Source: Guillardia theta CCMP2712 (taxonomy: Eukaryota; Protista; Cryptophyta). From it: 64,000 nt of DNA. This document shows positions 62,601-64,000 of this stretch, one piece after another. Below the pieces are notes generated by a model. The model was not told the origin of the DNA, searched no databases, and saw only the letters and a list, made by a program, of their open reading frames with translations. The first letter of the stretch is position 1; each line of letters begins with the position of its first letter. The stretch covers positions 488,006-552,005 of the forward strand of contig NW_005434672.1 of NCBI RefSeq assembly GCF_000315625.1, given 5' to 3'. The translations under genes were made by a program, and so were the position numbers.

Positions 62601-64000
62601 CTCCCTCCCTCCCTCCCTCTTCCTTTCTCTCGCTTACTTGCTCCTGGTCGTGATGTTGTTCCTTACAGGTCGGCAATGTCACTAAAGCTGCCACTAAAGG
62701 GTATGCAGTGGGAGGTTCAGCCCTTGCAACTTTCATCCTCTTCCGCGCGTACCTGGATGAGGTCTCCTCCTCCTCCTCCTCCTCCTCCTCCTCCTCCTCC
62801 TCCTCCTCCTCCTCCTTACTTTCTCCCGAAGGTGTCTGAATTTTCGGGTCACGACTTCGAAGTTGTCAACATTGCCAAGGTCAGACTTGTCGTCCCTCTC
62901 GCTGCTCACAGCGCGACAGGTGGAGGTTCTCGTCGGGGGCCTGCTGGGCATCGCCATGATCTTCCTGTTTGTTGGCTGGGCCATCGACGCCGTCGGCAAG
63001 ACTGCGCAGGAAGTTGTGAGGGAGGTCAGGAGGCAGTTCGAGATCTACCCAGGTGACTCCACCTTCCCCCTCCTCTCTCCTCCTCTGTCCACCTCGCTCC
63101 TCCTCCTTCCTTTCCTCTGTCCTTCTCTCTCCTCTCTTGTCAACAACCAGTCTCCTACTACCTCTTCCGCCTTTGATCTCGTCTTCCTCTCCCTCCTTCC
63201 CTCTCTTCCTCCCTCTCACATCATCACATCGCCCTGTCTTCCCCTTCATCGCTCCCCTCTCCTCCTCTCCTCTCTCCTCCTCTCACTCCCGCGCAGGCAT
63301 CCTCGAGGGTTCGCAGAAACCCGAGTACAACACCTGCGTCGCCATTGTCACCCGGGCAGCGCTCAAGGAGATGACGAGACCAGCCCTGCTTGCGCTGGGA
63401 ACTCCCGTGTTCATCGGCTTCCTGTTCAAGTTCATCGGCTCCTACCGGTACCCTCCTCTTGCCTCCTAGATCAAACTGATCCTCTCCTCTTCCTTCCTCT
63501 CCCTCCCTCCCTCCCCTCCCTTCTCTCTCCTCTTCCTCCTCTCCCTCTGTTTCCTCCGCTCTTCTTCCATCTTGGCCGACTCATCACGTAAGAGGAGAGC
63601 CCAATCTCGCGCCTGAAGTTCTCGCCTGCTTCATGATGTTCGGGTCTCTTACTGGCCTCCTCGTCGCCGTCCTCCTCGACAACGCGGTCTAGTCACGTGA
63701 CAGCGTTTCTCCTTCCTCACCTTCTCTTCCTTGTCGCAGGGAGGAGCATGGGACAATGCTAAGAAGTACATCGAGACTGGCATGCACGGAGGAAAGGGAA
63801 GCGACGCACACAAGGCGGCTGTCACGGTGATGCTTGTCACATGCTCCTCCTTACCTTCTCTCTCCTTTCCTTCCCTTCCCCCTTGTCCTTCCTCTTCCCC
63901 TCCCTTCGTCCTCATCCTTCACCTCTTTCCTTTACTCCGTCCTCTTCTATCTCCTCTTCGTCCTCTTCATCGTCCAGCCTCCTGCCACCCTTCGCTAACC
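59667..64000 (+). CDS. Membrane H+-translocating pyrophosphatase, K+-independent (type II, AVP2/VHP2-like); truncated by the window end
   Basis: [18 protein letters not shown]|[75 protein letters not shown]. Confidence 0.95.

Overview
Gene-dense eukaryotic nuclear DNA with many short (~45-60 nt) GT-AG introns and several GC-AG introns. It is most likely from a cryptophyte alga (Guillardia-like): three genes carry bipartite signal + AxAFAP plastid presequences, and there is an RWP-RK factor and an apparent cryptophyte PSII-antenna linker. About 24 protein genes were reconstructed by manual splicing. In order: UvrD/Srs2 helicase, CCPII-S/Psb-gamma-like protein with a long tail, RPS29, PIG-B, RWP-RK factor, AAA_33 P-loop protein, ankyrin protein, a hypothetical protein, THOC5, NDUFS4, PAS-PDE, a small membrane protein, plastid UROD, Mid1/NALF-like protein, PDZ-C2 protein, a hypothetical protein, GT31-GT10 fusion glycosyltransferase, CPP1-like protein, degenerate CDF, MCM8, MAPKK, a coiled-coil protein, a hypothetical protein, and a K+-independent H+-PPase cut by the window end. 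Best leads: (1) a GT31 galactosyltransferase fused to a GT10 fucosyltransferase in one polypeptide, the enzyme pairing that makes Lewis-a in plants; (2) a PSII linker homologue with a ~270-aa Ala/Pro tail and C-terminal module; (3) a zinc-ligand-less uS14 whose long intron holds an H/ACA-like RNA; (4) a Mid1/NALF channel-auxiliary domain outside opisthokonts; (5) a conserved ~32-60 bp non-coding element recurring in divergent intergenic regions. Exon boundaries were read by eye and family calls come from remembered motifs, not database searches.
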